A stretch of DNA of 64,000 nt from a virus (Duplodnaviria > Heunggongvirae > Uroviricota > Caudoviricetes), in the IMG/VR virus record IMGVR_UViG_3300017971_000186; one strand, 5' to 3'. Below the pieces are notes generated by a model. That model made no database searches. It was not told the DNA's origin and worked only from the letters and a program-made list of their open reading frames with translations. Positions 40,801 to 50,700 of the stretch are shown here, piece after piece. The position numbers were made by a program, and so were the translations under genes. The first letter of the stretch is position 1. Each line of letters opens with the position of its first letter.

Positions 40801-43800
40801 CACCCAGTGGAGGTTTATCAACTGTTAACTTCACTTTAAATACACTATTTGCCAATTCTGGCAGATAATCCATATAAATAGTTTGAGGAGTTGATGTGGC
40901 ATCCCAAAATTGATATGTAAAAGTACTATCATTTTTAAGAATACGGAAAGTTACATTCGTATTATCAAAAGGCACTCCTGAAACAGAGACAGCCCCATTT
41001 ATAGAGGATATTCCAAAAAAGCCATTAAATTTCCGTGCCACTCCTGCCCAATTTAAATCATCGACCCACAATAGAAATGCTGCCGTATTCTGAGATGAGT
41101 CTGGAGTGAGTGAAGTATAATCTGCTTCAACATTTATTTCTTTTCCTGAAATATTAAATTCCGATAAAGTCTCCGGGAAATTATAATTATCATTTGGTGA
41201 ATCAAAAGTGAGTTCATTATCTATGGTTACAGAATTCGTAGTATCCCACCATTTTATATTTAAAATATCACCTGTAAAAGGCTCTTCTAAAATGGGCTCA
41301 ATTTCTTTTATAAATATCTTTCCATCTCCGGCACCATCATAACCATCAACAGTTGCAGTTCCATCATAAGTTATAGTTTTATGATGCCACATTGAAATAT
41401 AGCCACCACTTCCACCACCGGAATTACTTACCAATTGAGTCCTTCCACCATCTGCGCTTATTGTTCCAGTCCCATCTATTCTCCAACCAATAAGCCAGAC
41501 ACTTCCTCCAGCGGCACCCCCGGTCATAGTCCCATCCTGACCATCCATTCTGATTCTACCATTAATACTAACATTACCTGAATTTGCCACTAATTTAATA
41601 GCTCCACCACCTTTAGTTTCCTGCCCTAAATAATCAGCAGGCTTGTGGTAATAACCTGATCCACTTCCTAAGGAAACAGGTGTTTCATAATTACCGTAAA
41701 TAGGTAGGGGAGGAGGAAAAAGTCCAGAGGGTAAAAGAGATTCATAAGCTCCCATATCAACAGTAGCAGAAGATCTTGGATTACCATCATATCCAACCGA
41801 TGGAACTACAGAATAAGTCCCACTACCTATACCAGTTCTTATACAAGGACTATTACTTTGTAAACGGAGATTTGTAGAACTAATAAAAATTGGATCAACT
41901 TGAATACTATTTGGTCCTGGAGTGACTGCTCCAGAAACATAAGGTGTGCCAAAATTATAAACATTGTTATAATCAATGACACCGGCTGTAAATGAAGTTT
42001 CGATTCCAGTGGCAGCTCCCACAGTATCATCTCTATAAACGATATTATTGAGAACATAACTATTTGCACCACCACTAAGATATCTTATACCATAACCACC
42101 AACTGGGATATTTCTGATCGTATTATTTACAACACTCTGACCAGCTCCAGTGGTATAAATTCCTAAAGGTGCCAAACTTGAAACACTTCGAACGACATTA
42201 TTCCTAATAGCTACACTACTATTTATAGAAGTTCCAGCACATAAAATTGATCCTCCTACATCATTAGTTTCAATAGTAGCATCAGAAAGAGTATCGGGTT
42301 GTATATAAACAAATAAATATTTCCCTTCAAAAATATGATCTGATATATTTACACCCTGTATAGTTTTAGTAGTAGTATCAGTAATCCAAAGGGCACCGTC
42401 TACACCGGAAGAGTCACTATCCTGATAAGTAAAACTCTGATTGATATTACAATCATCAAGATAAACTCCTTGTACAGCACTTACAGCACCAGTTGGATCA
42501 GTCACTGAAAAATCACATCCAGTAACTTCTAAAGTATCGAAATCCCATGTTCGGGCGTTTATAAAGGGCTGACTTGGACTTGGACCTGATTTATATAATT
42601 GTAAATTTTGTATTGTTACAGCATCTGATGAATAAACAGTAGGATAGTTGTCCCAACGAAACTGGCTCTCTCTTGAAGCTCCAGTATTCTTTACATGAAT
42701 AACAGGTTTGGCTGTATTATTAGCATATGATCTAATTGTTACCGCAGCATTAATAAAATTAGGAAAAGCAGTCGAATCATCAATTGTACCACCAGCATTA
42801 CTTACTTCAACTGTATCCCAATTTGATAAAGTTATAACACCAAGTAATTGATTGAAATTAACAGCACCTTTTATTTCAGTATCAAAAGGATATGTAGCAG
42901 ATCCACCATTATTTACAAAATAAGTATTAGGAGTAGTTTCATAAGCACCAATATCACAGACAAGACTCTGTCGGGCAGTACCATCATAACCTGTTGTAGG
43001 TACTGAAGAATAGACTCCGTAACTTGCACCGGTTTTTATACAAGGACTTCCAGCTTGGAGATGGAGATTAGAAGTGCTATCATAAAGAGGATCCAATTGT
43101 GTATTACTTGTACCATATGTAATGCCACCACTTACAAAATATGGGTTTGTATAACCATAAATATTATTGTTATTGAAAGAAGCTCCTGCTGCAGCAGTAA
43201 CTTGAATAGCATAAATGAACCAAGATTCCGAGCCTCGACTTAGAGTATTATTAGCTACAACTAGATTAGCATCAGCATTATTTACAAATATACCCCCAGC
43301 TTGAAATAATGAATTATTAACAACACTTGAATTCGTCAAAGTAGGAGCAGCTAAATTTATGGTATTAAAATGAAATGAATCCATTGAGTTAATAACATTA
43401 TTTCTTATTTTAATGTCATCACAGGTTTGACCTGCAGTACCTGCCATAAAGACAAAAGTTAGTCCACTATCAGTACCATAATTATTATCAACAACAATTC
43501 TTTGTATAGTACTTAGAGTTCCGACAAGAAGAAAAGCTTTAATACTACCATAACTAATATCATTATACGTATTATAAGAAGCACTAAAATCTTCAAAGAC
43601 AGAACAATTGTCTCTGATATATAGTCCAGCACTCATCTTAGTTATTGTATTATATTCAAACCTGGAAGTTCCATGAAGATCAGAAGTGTCTAATTCCACA
43701 GCAGCTACCGAGCCAGCAGTTCCGGTTATTGAGAAGTTACAATTAGTTACTTCAAAATTTGATATATCACAAGTTAAAAACCAAATGAAAGCGATAGAGG

Positions 43801-45220
43801 TAGAACCAGTTCCGGCTTTATACATATCTATGTTTTGAATATAAACGCCATCTACTGTCACACCATTAAATAAAAATAAATAACTACTATCACGAACTTT
43901 AAAAGTTGGATTACCTGTATTTCCAGAATAAGACCTAATTGTTACTGAGGCATTTATATTACCCGGACTAGCAGCAGAGTCATCTATTGTACCACCTGCA
44001 TCAGAGACTTCTATTATATCACCATCATTAAGAGAAACACTATCAAGTAAATCTTTTAAATTAACAGCTCCTTTTGCTTCAGTATCGTAGGGATAAGTAC
44101 TTGATCCAGCGGCATTAATAAAATAGACCCCCGTAGTATCAGGTGCCAAGATATAAGTTGAAGGATCATTTTGATTATTAAATTCCGTTTGTTGCCAGTC
44201 ACCATTAGAATATATAGTTGCATCACTGACTATTCTTACTTCATCAATAATACCATCAAAATTTTGTATTGGTATACCTGTTTGCCGGTACCCAGCACCA
44301 ATCCTTGATAATTGAGCTAGATTATGTGTATTGTGATAATTTACAATATCTCCAAGATTACCTTCTGTAGAAGGTATCTGACTCCCATCAACAAATAACT
44401 TTACGACACGATTTGGAGTAGCTGTATATAAATTTTCAATATATGCTCCTACATGGATCCATTGATTTAATGAAACCGTATTATCAGAAGTATACCAATC
44501 AGTATGTTGTCCGGGCAATACACATCCAGAAAGATTTTCTCCACACATCCAAGACAGTCTTTGAGAACTATCAATACCAAAATTGAAAGCTATCCAATTC
44601 CTAAGTGTCGTCTGACAAATTACTTCACGACTAAATATACACGAGACACTATCAATAAATGTAGGCGATACTATAAGAGATCTTAAGTTTACCCAAGAAG
44701 AAATATAAAATGGGTATGTTTGCTGAAAATCAGGATTAGTAGTACATTGTAAATGATGAGTGGTTCCACTGAAATCATAACCTTTCTGTATTTTACTCGA
44801 TACAGATGAGGCATTATTTACAATTAAAGGATCGTGTAAAGTTCCTGAATCAGAAGCATCTTGTAAATGAAATACACGATAATGGTTTTGAGAATCCCAA
44901 ATAGTAAAATCATTAGCTGATGTGGCATCCCCCACTTCACAATAAAAAGTAGAATCACTGGAAGCAGATAATAATGGTATTTGAACCCAAGATTCAAATG
45001 TTTGAGCAGTAGTATCAACTGTTACTATTTCCCTACTATACTCTACTGATTTTGCTGCATCAGAATAATATCTAATATCTAAACCACTAGCATCAACAAC
45101 ATTCGAAAAGAATGAAGATGGAAAATTAGCTACTCGGTCATCAACAAGTAAAGGATAATTACTCTTATCCGTTCCGGCGACCATATCCTTGTCAACTGTT
45201 AGTCTAAACATAAAAGCCAT
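37895..45220 (-). CDS. Giant virion adhesin: DUF2341-LamG, two right-handed beta-helices, Gly-rich domain, DUF1565-like beta-helices
   Basis: 2441 aa; FDGIIDEVRI LamG end, DIGAYE beta-helix ends, three YV(D/S)..G.D...G....P..T motifs. Confidence 0.8.
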   Translation of the reverse strand: MAFMFRLTVDKDMVAGTDKSNYPLLVDDRVANFPSSFFSNVVDASGLDIRYYSDAAKSVEYSREIVTVDTTAQTFESWVQIPLLSASSDSTFYCEVGDATSANDFTIWDSQNHYRVFHLQDASDSGTLHDPLIVNNASSVSSKIQKGYDFSGTTHHLQCTTNPDFQQTYPFYISSWVNLRSLIVSPTFIDSVSCIFSREVICQTTLRNWIAFNFGIDSSQRLSWMCGENLSGCVLPGQHTDWYTSDNTVSLNQWIHVGAYIENLYTATPNRVVKLFVDGSQIPSTEGNLGDIVNYHNTHNLAQLSRIGAGYRQTGIPIQNFDGIIDEVRIVSDATIYSNGDWQQTEFNNQNDPSTYILAPDTTGVYFINAAGSSTYPYDTEAKGAVNLKDLLDSVSLNDGDIIEVSDAGGTIDDSAASPGNINASVTIRSYSGNTGNPTFKVRDSSYLFLFNGVTVDGVYIQNIDMYKAGTGSTSIAFIWFLTCDISNFEVTNCNFSITGTAGSVAAVELDTSDLHGTSRFEYNTITKMSAGLYIRDNCSVFEDFSASYNTYNDISYGSIKAFLLVGTLSTIQRIVVDNNYGTDSGLTFVFMAGTAGQTCDDIKIRNNVINSMDSFHFNTINLAAPTLTNSSVVNNSLFQAGGIFVNNADANLVVANNTLSRGSESWFIYAIQVTAAAGASFNNNNIYGYTNPYFVSGGITYGTSNTQLDPLYDSTSNLHLQAGSPCIKTGASYGVYSSVPTTGYDGTARQSLVCDIGAYETTPNTYFVNNGGSATYPFDTEIKGAVNFNQLLGVITLSNWDTVEVSNAGGTIDDSTAFPNFINAAVTIRSYANNTAKPVIHVKNTGASRESQFRWDNYPTVYSSDAVTIQNLQLYKSGPSPSQPFINARTWDFDTLEVTGCDFSVTDPTGAVSAVQGVYLDDCNINQSFTYQDSDSSGVDGALWITDTTTKTIQGVNISDHIFEGKYLFVYIQPDTLSDATIETNDVGGSILCAGTSINSSVAIRNNVVRSVSSLAPLGIYTTGAGQSVVNNTIRNIPVGGYGIRYLSGGANSYVLNNIVYRDDTVGAATGIETSFTAGVIDYNNVYNFGTPYVSGAVTPGPNSIQVDPIFISSTNLRLQSNSPCIRTGIGSGTYSVVPSVGYDGNPRSSATVDMGAYESLLPSGLFPPPLPIYGNYETPVSLGSGSGYYHKPADYLGQETKGGGAIKLVANSGNVSINGRIRMDGQDGTMTGGAAGGSVWLIGWRIDGTGTISADGGRTQLVSNSGGGSGGYISMWHHKTITYDGTATVDGYDGAGDGKIFIKEIEPILEEPFTGDILNIKWWDTTNSVTIDNELTFDSPNDNYNFPETLSEFNISGKEINVEADYTSLTPDSSQNTAAFLLWVDDLNWAGVARKFNGFFGISSINGAVSVSGVPFDNTNVTFRILKNDSTFTYQFWDATSTPQTIYMDYLPELANSVFKVKLTVDKPPLGDSLRTRYQRLTAFDISNQYLYMDGIPIDQSAVAMNSITGTSHYYGEDFYVDNYLLKWDYTASNFASLAAWGDVVRYQYEYNAPPTNEVTVAFDNVRVYEGVLSNAETTEPVIYVDPNYGSDTCSGRQLDPLKNLFVATAWAKKGSTVVLYDGTHNPTKVSRKDLTIRGAEGSIAGITSKNVQDSTGSNWERDALSFYGSQGIVENVHIFDSSRGIVVENGNYEISRNTITDTSNAVTFVKCDPRIIRNKILDVDFGLDFTSCRIAPYAYANIISNADVAVRANLTTDMTFSCNTFDNDQTHFLIDSSSSIIMSSNNLTYSVMPVIVSTDSWFGSYYNNFYPNTTQYNRTPDDATNNIVANPLYYDRIGKDFHLNTGSPNIGTGSLTYNDYLYDFDGADIRSAEIGAYQYIDSTKITSDYYVSSHGNDYWNFGRQTDPFRTLDRAMVDADSTVRIDGGHYDSFYLNLRSQDIHLNQLYIYLGPEQQFVSYITLDAEDASNKYVPLPSFVAPDDASHVAMNIIGSSAQIQGEDYIVEWGHLVWDTYDLDGFLSAGDTLRVIFYGPLQKKALNNFVLHGHYSNYNQNQAIFVSPSGSDSTDLGGDGTNTGGTGSRDLPYRTISMALSQSNSGDNIVAMAGEYPVFDGLQDRVIVPAFDRTAAVNSSKRVYEDFFAQKDFRAYGTTEYDPTPWEFDYTGNSEVFAGGGFLNFTYDGSNSATATSTFQFTSDFEVRANLRNAVDPITLRVTSPDTTAFISYNESQFTAGVINTDSTVICSAVAHSGDTTESDVFVVEYIPVTSDHTRNKYAELSYIPEGSDCTNLALNVVGGNTQDFGEDFYVQDSKIKWDGMTMDGEIEPGEVLRAVYLDRPLSLAVTASITLENGLFTLKAYDGTWNTLMNRSLVGDYTGNWNVSFTMDTPNEEFSHNCIYGKGYASQFLAIADSFENIQGLDKPLAVSTERRNLVIYEER

Positions 45221-45240
45221 AGATTAGATCCACCTTTTAG

Positions 45241-45588
45241 TTATGTTCTTAAAGCGCCAAGATTTGCATGTGAAGCCCCGAATCCAGGTAATAAATTTCC
45301 TGAAGAATCCTTTAAGGCACTATTCGCTCCAGGACCTCTGTCAGACTCAAAACCAAATCCTTCCCCATCAATTAGCCCATTTACAATAATATCTCCCGTA
45401 GTTGAGGTCATAGTTCTACTCTTCCCATTTGCCGTGATATAAGAATTAGATTGATATGAAAAGAATGTTTTCATTAAATCCGGATCAGGAATTGGATTGA
45501 CAATTCCAGCAGGACTCACTGTGATATCACCATCACAAGAGAGATCCCCATCTAAAAGAAGATGACCGTTTATATATGTTGTACTCAT
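45241..45588 (-). CDS. N-terminal fragment of a Gly-rich beta domain; its apparent continuation is inside 37895..45220
   Basis: 115 aa ending GLIDGEGFG..RGPG...GFGASHANLG; coupled to upstream stop. Confidence 0.65.
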   Translation of the reverse strand: MSTTYINGHLLLDGDLSCDGDITVSPAGIVNPIPDPDLMKTFFSYQSNSYITANGKSRTMTSTTGDIIVNGLIDGEGFGFESDRGPGANSALKDSSGNLLPGFGASHANLGALRT

Positions 45589-45589
45589 A

Positions 45590-47638
45590 TTAAAGCCCTA
45601 CTTGTACATTTAATCCATTCATATTAAAGGTCCCATCAAGAACCCAAAAATCCCCTTTTACTCTCAAAGGGCTACCACCATCACATACAACTTGTTCAGT
45701 GACATTTTTATTTACATAAAGTGTTGGAACTATACAACCTATTTCATTTTTAATTTGCTGTTGTTCTGTCCCATCTAAATATATCGTTAAATTATTAAAA
45801 TTATTCCACTGATTATAACCAGATCTACAAGATGCATCTCCTTTTAAATTAATAGAGGCACCCACACCAAGATGACGGGCACTTCCACTATTTAAAACCA
45901 ATAGATCGTTCACATCCATGCTCTGACTGACACGGGCTTGGTCCGCATTAAATTGTAAAGTAGATGCTCTCATACTAGGAGCTTCGATCATACAACCACT
46001 ATTATCAAGAGATATAATACCACTATTATGTTCGAAAAATGCAGTAGGATAATAAGTAAATGTAGAGTCGCAAGAAAGAGTTTGGTCAGTACTGGTAAAA
46101 TTAGCAGCTCCTCCTATATAAAGATTTCCTGCTATCCTAATATCATCTCCACTACCTTCAAAAACTCCAGACCAAAACAGAGCCCCACATGAATCCACTG
46201 AAATGGGAAAACCATTTTGACTGATAGTGTTTCCATAACCTGAACAATAAAATCCATTTACATCAACCGAAGTATCTATATCACATCTACCTATTCCACC
46301 ATTATCAAATACAACAGTATTATTGGAAATAGGAACTGGTGCTCCTCCTGGACCTCCAGAAAAATACGACCAATTAGCGGTATCATTCCATGTGGAATCC
46401 GATAGAGCAACCCAATATCGAGGATCTGTAATTATATATGGAGGTTCCTCCCCGATATTCCATTCACCAAATGTAGCTAACCAAGTAGAATCAGCAGGAG
46501 GATTAAAACCATCTTGTGCAATTCTATCTGAGAAAACATAAAAGGGTGTAGTACCACAAGTAAAAAAAGTATCAGGATCATTTTGAGAATTATAAGTGGC
46601 TTGCATCCATCCATCATCAAATAACAATGGATTCTGTCTATATATCCTCAATTCATCAATACGACCATCAAAAGGCCATCTTTGGCTAGGACCTCCTCCA
46701 CCCCACTCTTCAAATGTTGCACCAATTTGTGTTTGATGATTAGTAACAGTATCAAAAGTCAAAGCTATTAAAACATTTGATGCATCAGTTCTTTTTTCTC
46801 CATTAACATAAAAATCTACTTGTCTTGAAAACGAAGTATTATCTTGAGAGACAACCGCTACATGAGTCCATGTTGATAAAGGGACTATTGCATCTGAAGT
46901 ATAAGAATTAGTTCGAGATCCTGCAGTACATCCTGTAGAATAATTTAATTGAAAAAATGGATGTCCAGTTGAATCTATTGCAAAGATAAATTGAGATCTA
47001 CCCCTATACCAATTAACGCAATATGTACCTCTTGAGGCAATTGTGGCATATTCAAAATTAGGATTTGGGACATGGACTGGATAAGAATTTAAATAAACCC
47101 AAGCTTCCGCAACAATATCATCATTAAACATGATATTATTATCTAAGACTACATATTGAGTAGAATCTTTATCAAATTCTAAAGCTCTACCAAGTTTCCC
47201 TGTAGTATAAGTAGGGCTATTTACTAAAGTTCCATTATTTGCATTAGTTGAATCATCTAAAACATCATCTTCAAAATGCTGAATATTTTGTGCTTCTAAA
47301 TCTGTCCAGATAGAATTATCACTTGCTGTAGTACCAGAACCTACTTCACAAAAGATATTATTATTAGTGCTACTATCAGACCCATATAAAGTAGGAACTT
47401 GTACCCATGCCCGAATAGAAGTTGAAGGAGTATATTCTTCAATCGTTCTTTTATATTCAACAGTTTTTAATGGATCTGAATAAAACCGGACATCTAAAGC
47501 ACAAGAATCAGAAATATTAGGCCAAAATCCGGCAGGAATTGCAGATATACTCTCATTAAAAAGTACTGGGAAATTAGTTTTATTTGCACCTGGAACTTGT
47601 GTGTAAGGTACACAAAGTCTGAACATAAATGCTGCCAT
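45590..47638 (-). CDS. DUF2341-LamG lectin-like protein with C-terminal beta-solenoid
   Basis: 682 aa; FDGRIDELRI; YWV...W...NWS..SGG.GGA.VP....VVFD solenoid start. Confidence 0.8.
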   Translation of the reverse strand: MAAFMFRLCVPYTQVPGANKTNFPVLFNESISAIPAGFWPNISDSCALDVRFYSDPLKTVEYKRTIEEYTPSTSIRAWVQVPTLYGSDSSTNNNIFCEVGSGTTASDNSIWTDLEAQNIQHFEDDVLDDSTNANNGTLVNSPTYTTGKLGRALEFDKDSTQYVVLDNNIMFNDDIVAEAWVYLNSYPVHVPNPNFEYATIASRGTYCVNWYRGRSQFIFAIDSTGHPFFQLNYSTGCTAGSRTNSYTSDAIVPLSTWTHVAVVSQDNTSFSRQVDFYVNGEKRTDASNVLIALTFDTVTNHQTQIGATFEEWGGGGPSQRWPFDGRIDELRIYRQNPLLFDDGWMQATYNSQNDPDTFFTCGTTPFYVFSDRIAQDGFNPPADSTWLATFGEWNIGEEPPYIITDPRYWVALSDSTWNDTANWSYFSGGPGGAPVPISNNTVVFDNGGIGRCDIDTSVDVNGFYCSGYGNTISQNGFPISVDSCGALFWSGVFEGSGDDIRIAGNLYIGGAANFTSTDQTLSCDSTFTYYPTAFFEHNSGIISLDNSGCMIEAPSMRASTLQFNADQARVSQSMDVNDLLVLNSGSARHLGVGASINLKGDASCRSGYNQWNNFNNLTIYLDGTEQQQIKNEIGCIVPTLYVNKNVTEQVVCDGGSPLRVKGDFWVLDGTFNMNGLNVQVGL

Positions 47639-47673
47639 AAGCTAATCCAATAAGCCTTTGTTAAAAACAGTTA

Positions 47674-47699
47674 TATGGGGCAAGTTTCCTTACCCCATA
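47674..47699 (-). other. GAAA-tetraloop hairpin after 1305-aa gene
   Basis: TATGGGGTAAG-GAAA-CTTGCCCCATA; weak, delayed U-tract. Confidence 0.55.
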
Positions 47700-47702
47700 A
47701 TT

Positions 47703-50700
47703 TTAGAATGTTCTTGTTCTACCTGCGGTATCCACATGAACCCGAGTTAATTCTGTCGTATTATCACGTCTGAAGAATCTTATATCTCCTCCCGTTGGAT
47801 CATTAACAAGATATTTACCATTTACTCGTGCCATCATTAACATAAAGGCATATTCTAATGTGGTGCCATCAACTACAGTATCCAGAGTTAAGGCATTTAG
47901 AGTACCTCCTCCTCCACCACCAAGGACTTCAGTAGCATCAAGATCATGGCCTGTACCAACTCCTCTTAAGCGCATTCCAGCGCCGTCACCTGTCTGAGCA
48001 TAAGCATTAATACCATCACCTGTTGTATCTCCACCGATTGCCTCAATACCATGACCAGTAGATCCACCAATAGCAGCGATACCAGCACTGGAATCATGAC
48101 CAATGGCACAAATACCATTATAATCACCGTGGACGGCTTCAGCCAGAATACCGTGGCCACTTGGAGGAGGAGCAGCACCAGCACCACCGACAGCATGGAT
48201 TCCGTGGCCATGATCTCCACCCTCAGCATAAAAACCGTCACCTGTTGATCCACTACATGTTATATTCATACCACCCAAATCACCTGTAGCAATTAACCCT
48301 TGTCCTCCAAAACCTGTTATATTGACACCATGGCCACCAGTATTGCTAGCTCCTCTGATTTCCACACCACTACCAGAACCAGCAAATTGAGCAGCAACAT
48401 ATAGGCCACTTGCAGTCCCATTTCCTTGAATTCTAACACCATTATAATTACCGGCTTGAGCTTCAATTTGTAAACCATGCCCACCGCCCATAATATGGAG
48501 ACCGGCATCGAAAGAGCCACCAGCTAAAATCCGAGCACCTTCACTATTTCCACCACCTTGGACCAACAAACCTCTTCCATCAGAACTACCACCACGAATT
48601 TCCATACCTGCTTGTGATCCCGATCCTTGACTGTAGAAACCAGGATTACTTCCACCAGCTTCAATATGTACTCCATCATTGTCAGTACTTATGATATTTA
48701 AACCATTACCACCTATAGCATTAACATCAATACCTGGACCTGATAATCCTTGGAATCTTACTCCAGTGGTTCCGACAACGGTCATACCATAGGATGAAGT
48801 AGATTGTATATACATACCACTCTTCCCAGACCCATGAGCATCTATTTGAATACCATGTCCAGTAGTTGTTGTCATATCAAGCGCATTTCCAGTCAATCCT
48901 ACTAGTTGCATTGCTATACCACCCGTACTGACTATTCCTTTACCCGTAATAAGAGAACCAGTTGCTGAAATTCCGTTACCTGCTACCGGGGACTGAGCAT
49001 TTATACCATCACCTGCTGAATTACCACCTATTGCATAGATACCCATTCCGTTATTTAGAGCACGTGTATAGATACCACTTCCAGATGTTGATCCTCCTAT
49101 TATTTCAACTCCATGTCCTGATGTACCACCTTCAATATAGACACCTGAACTATTATCAGAACCCGTTATACTCAAGCCATTAGAATTGGTTCCATCTACT
49201 GCAAGAAGTAAACCTGCACCAGAATTATCCCCACCTCTAAACTCAACTCCATGACCCCATAAACCACCTTTACTATACATGCCACTTCCAGAGCCAAAAC
49301 CACCCGCGTAAATACCATAATGGTCTCCATGACGGGCTTCAGCATGAATACCGTCACCGCTTGGAGGAGCACCACCTTCACCACCAAGGGCATTTATACC
49401 ATGCCCATGTTCTACAGATTCAGCTTTTATACCGTCACCACTCGTAGAATTTTCTCCTCTTGCGTAAATACCCGCTGTCTCACCTGAAGCTCTGAGACCG
49501 ATTGACCCAGATGAAGCTCCTCCAACAAAGTTCACGCCATGCCCAGAACCAAATCCTTTAGCATAGATTCCATTAGAACCTGATCCGCTAGTTTCAATAT
49601 GTAAGGCATTATCTCCTGAAGAAATTATATGGAAACCGGTTCCCTGTAAGCCACCATTAGCATATATTCCGCTTCCGCTACTATTATTACCACCATAGGC
49701 ATATATTCCGCTACCATTGTTATTACCTGAAGCATCCAAACCATGACCATCAGAACCAGTTGAGTGAGCGACAATGGCTGATCCTGAATTATTAACGATA
49801 TTTAATTGTTTCAAATTAAGAGTTGCATTGTTACCACTTGTAGCCTGACCATCAATAGAGACTACATTTACATCTGTGGACATTCCTCCAACCTGACTAG
49901 AAATAGCAACTAAACTATCGATACTAGCAGTGAAATCAGAACCACCACTTGCATCAGACATTGCCGTAAGCATCGCATATATGCTTGGACTTGCAGTACC
50001 ATCAAAGATAGCTGGAGGCGTTCCGATTTCAGCCGTATCCAGCCCAACTGTGCCCGTACCTACCAATTTCAAACCAGCCTGACCTGTTCCACCTGTTAGA
50101 AGAACCGCTGCATTAGCACCACCACCAGAAGCATCTATGCCATGTCCAGTTCCAAATGATGCTGTACTAATTCCATGTGTTGCACCTAATATCTTTAATC
50201 CTTCATTTGCAAGACCCGTTAAACTGATACCTTGAGTACCAGCTATAACATTAATTCCAATACCGGTACCGGCAGAAATTGCCACTGCTTCTTGATCAGC
50301 AGTAATTCTAAGACCTTTGCCAGTACTCTTTCCATACATTGCTACACCATCTCCAGCAGTAGGGGATTGACAAACAAGACCTGTTCCAGAGGTAGAACCC
50401 GCTTTAGCAATAATGCCATTAGCTGTTGCTCCTCCTTCAGCATAGAGACCTTCACCTGTACCATCTCCGAGAACTTTTAAACCAGGATTTCCTGTACCAC
50501 CTTGTAGATGAACAGCAGCAAAAGTTCCACCTCCTGAAGCATCTATAGCATAACCAGACGTTGCAGTAAGATTCATAGCTGAACCTGATGTACCACCACC
50601 AACTATATTAACACCGTTTCCGGTACCATTACCATAAATCTCAATAGCATTTTGATTTGTACCAGCATTTACTTCAATACCTACACCCACTGCAGATACT

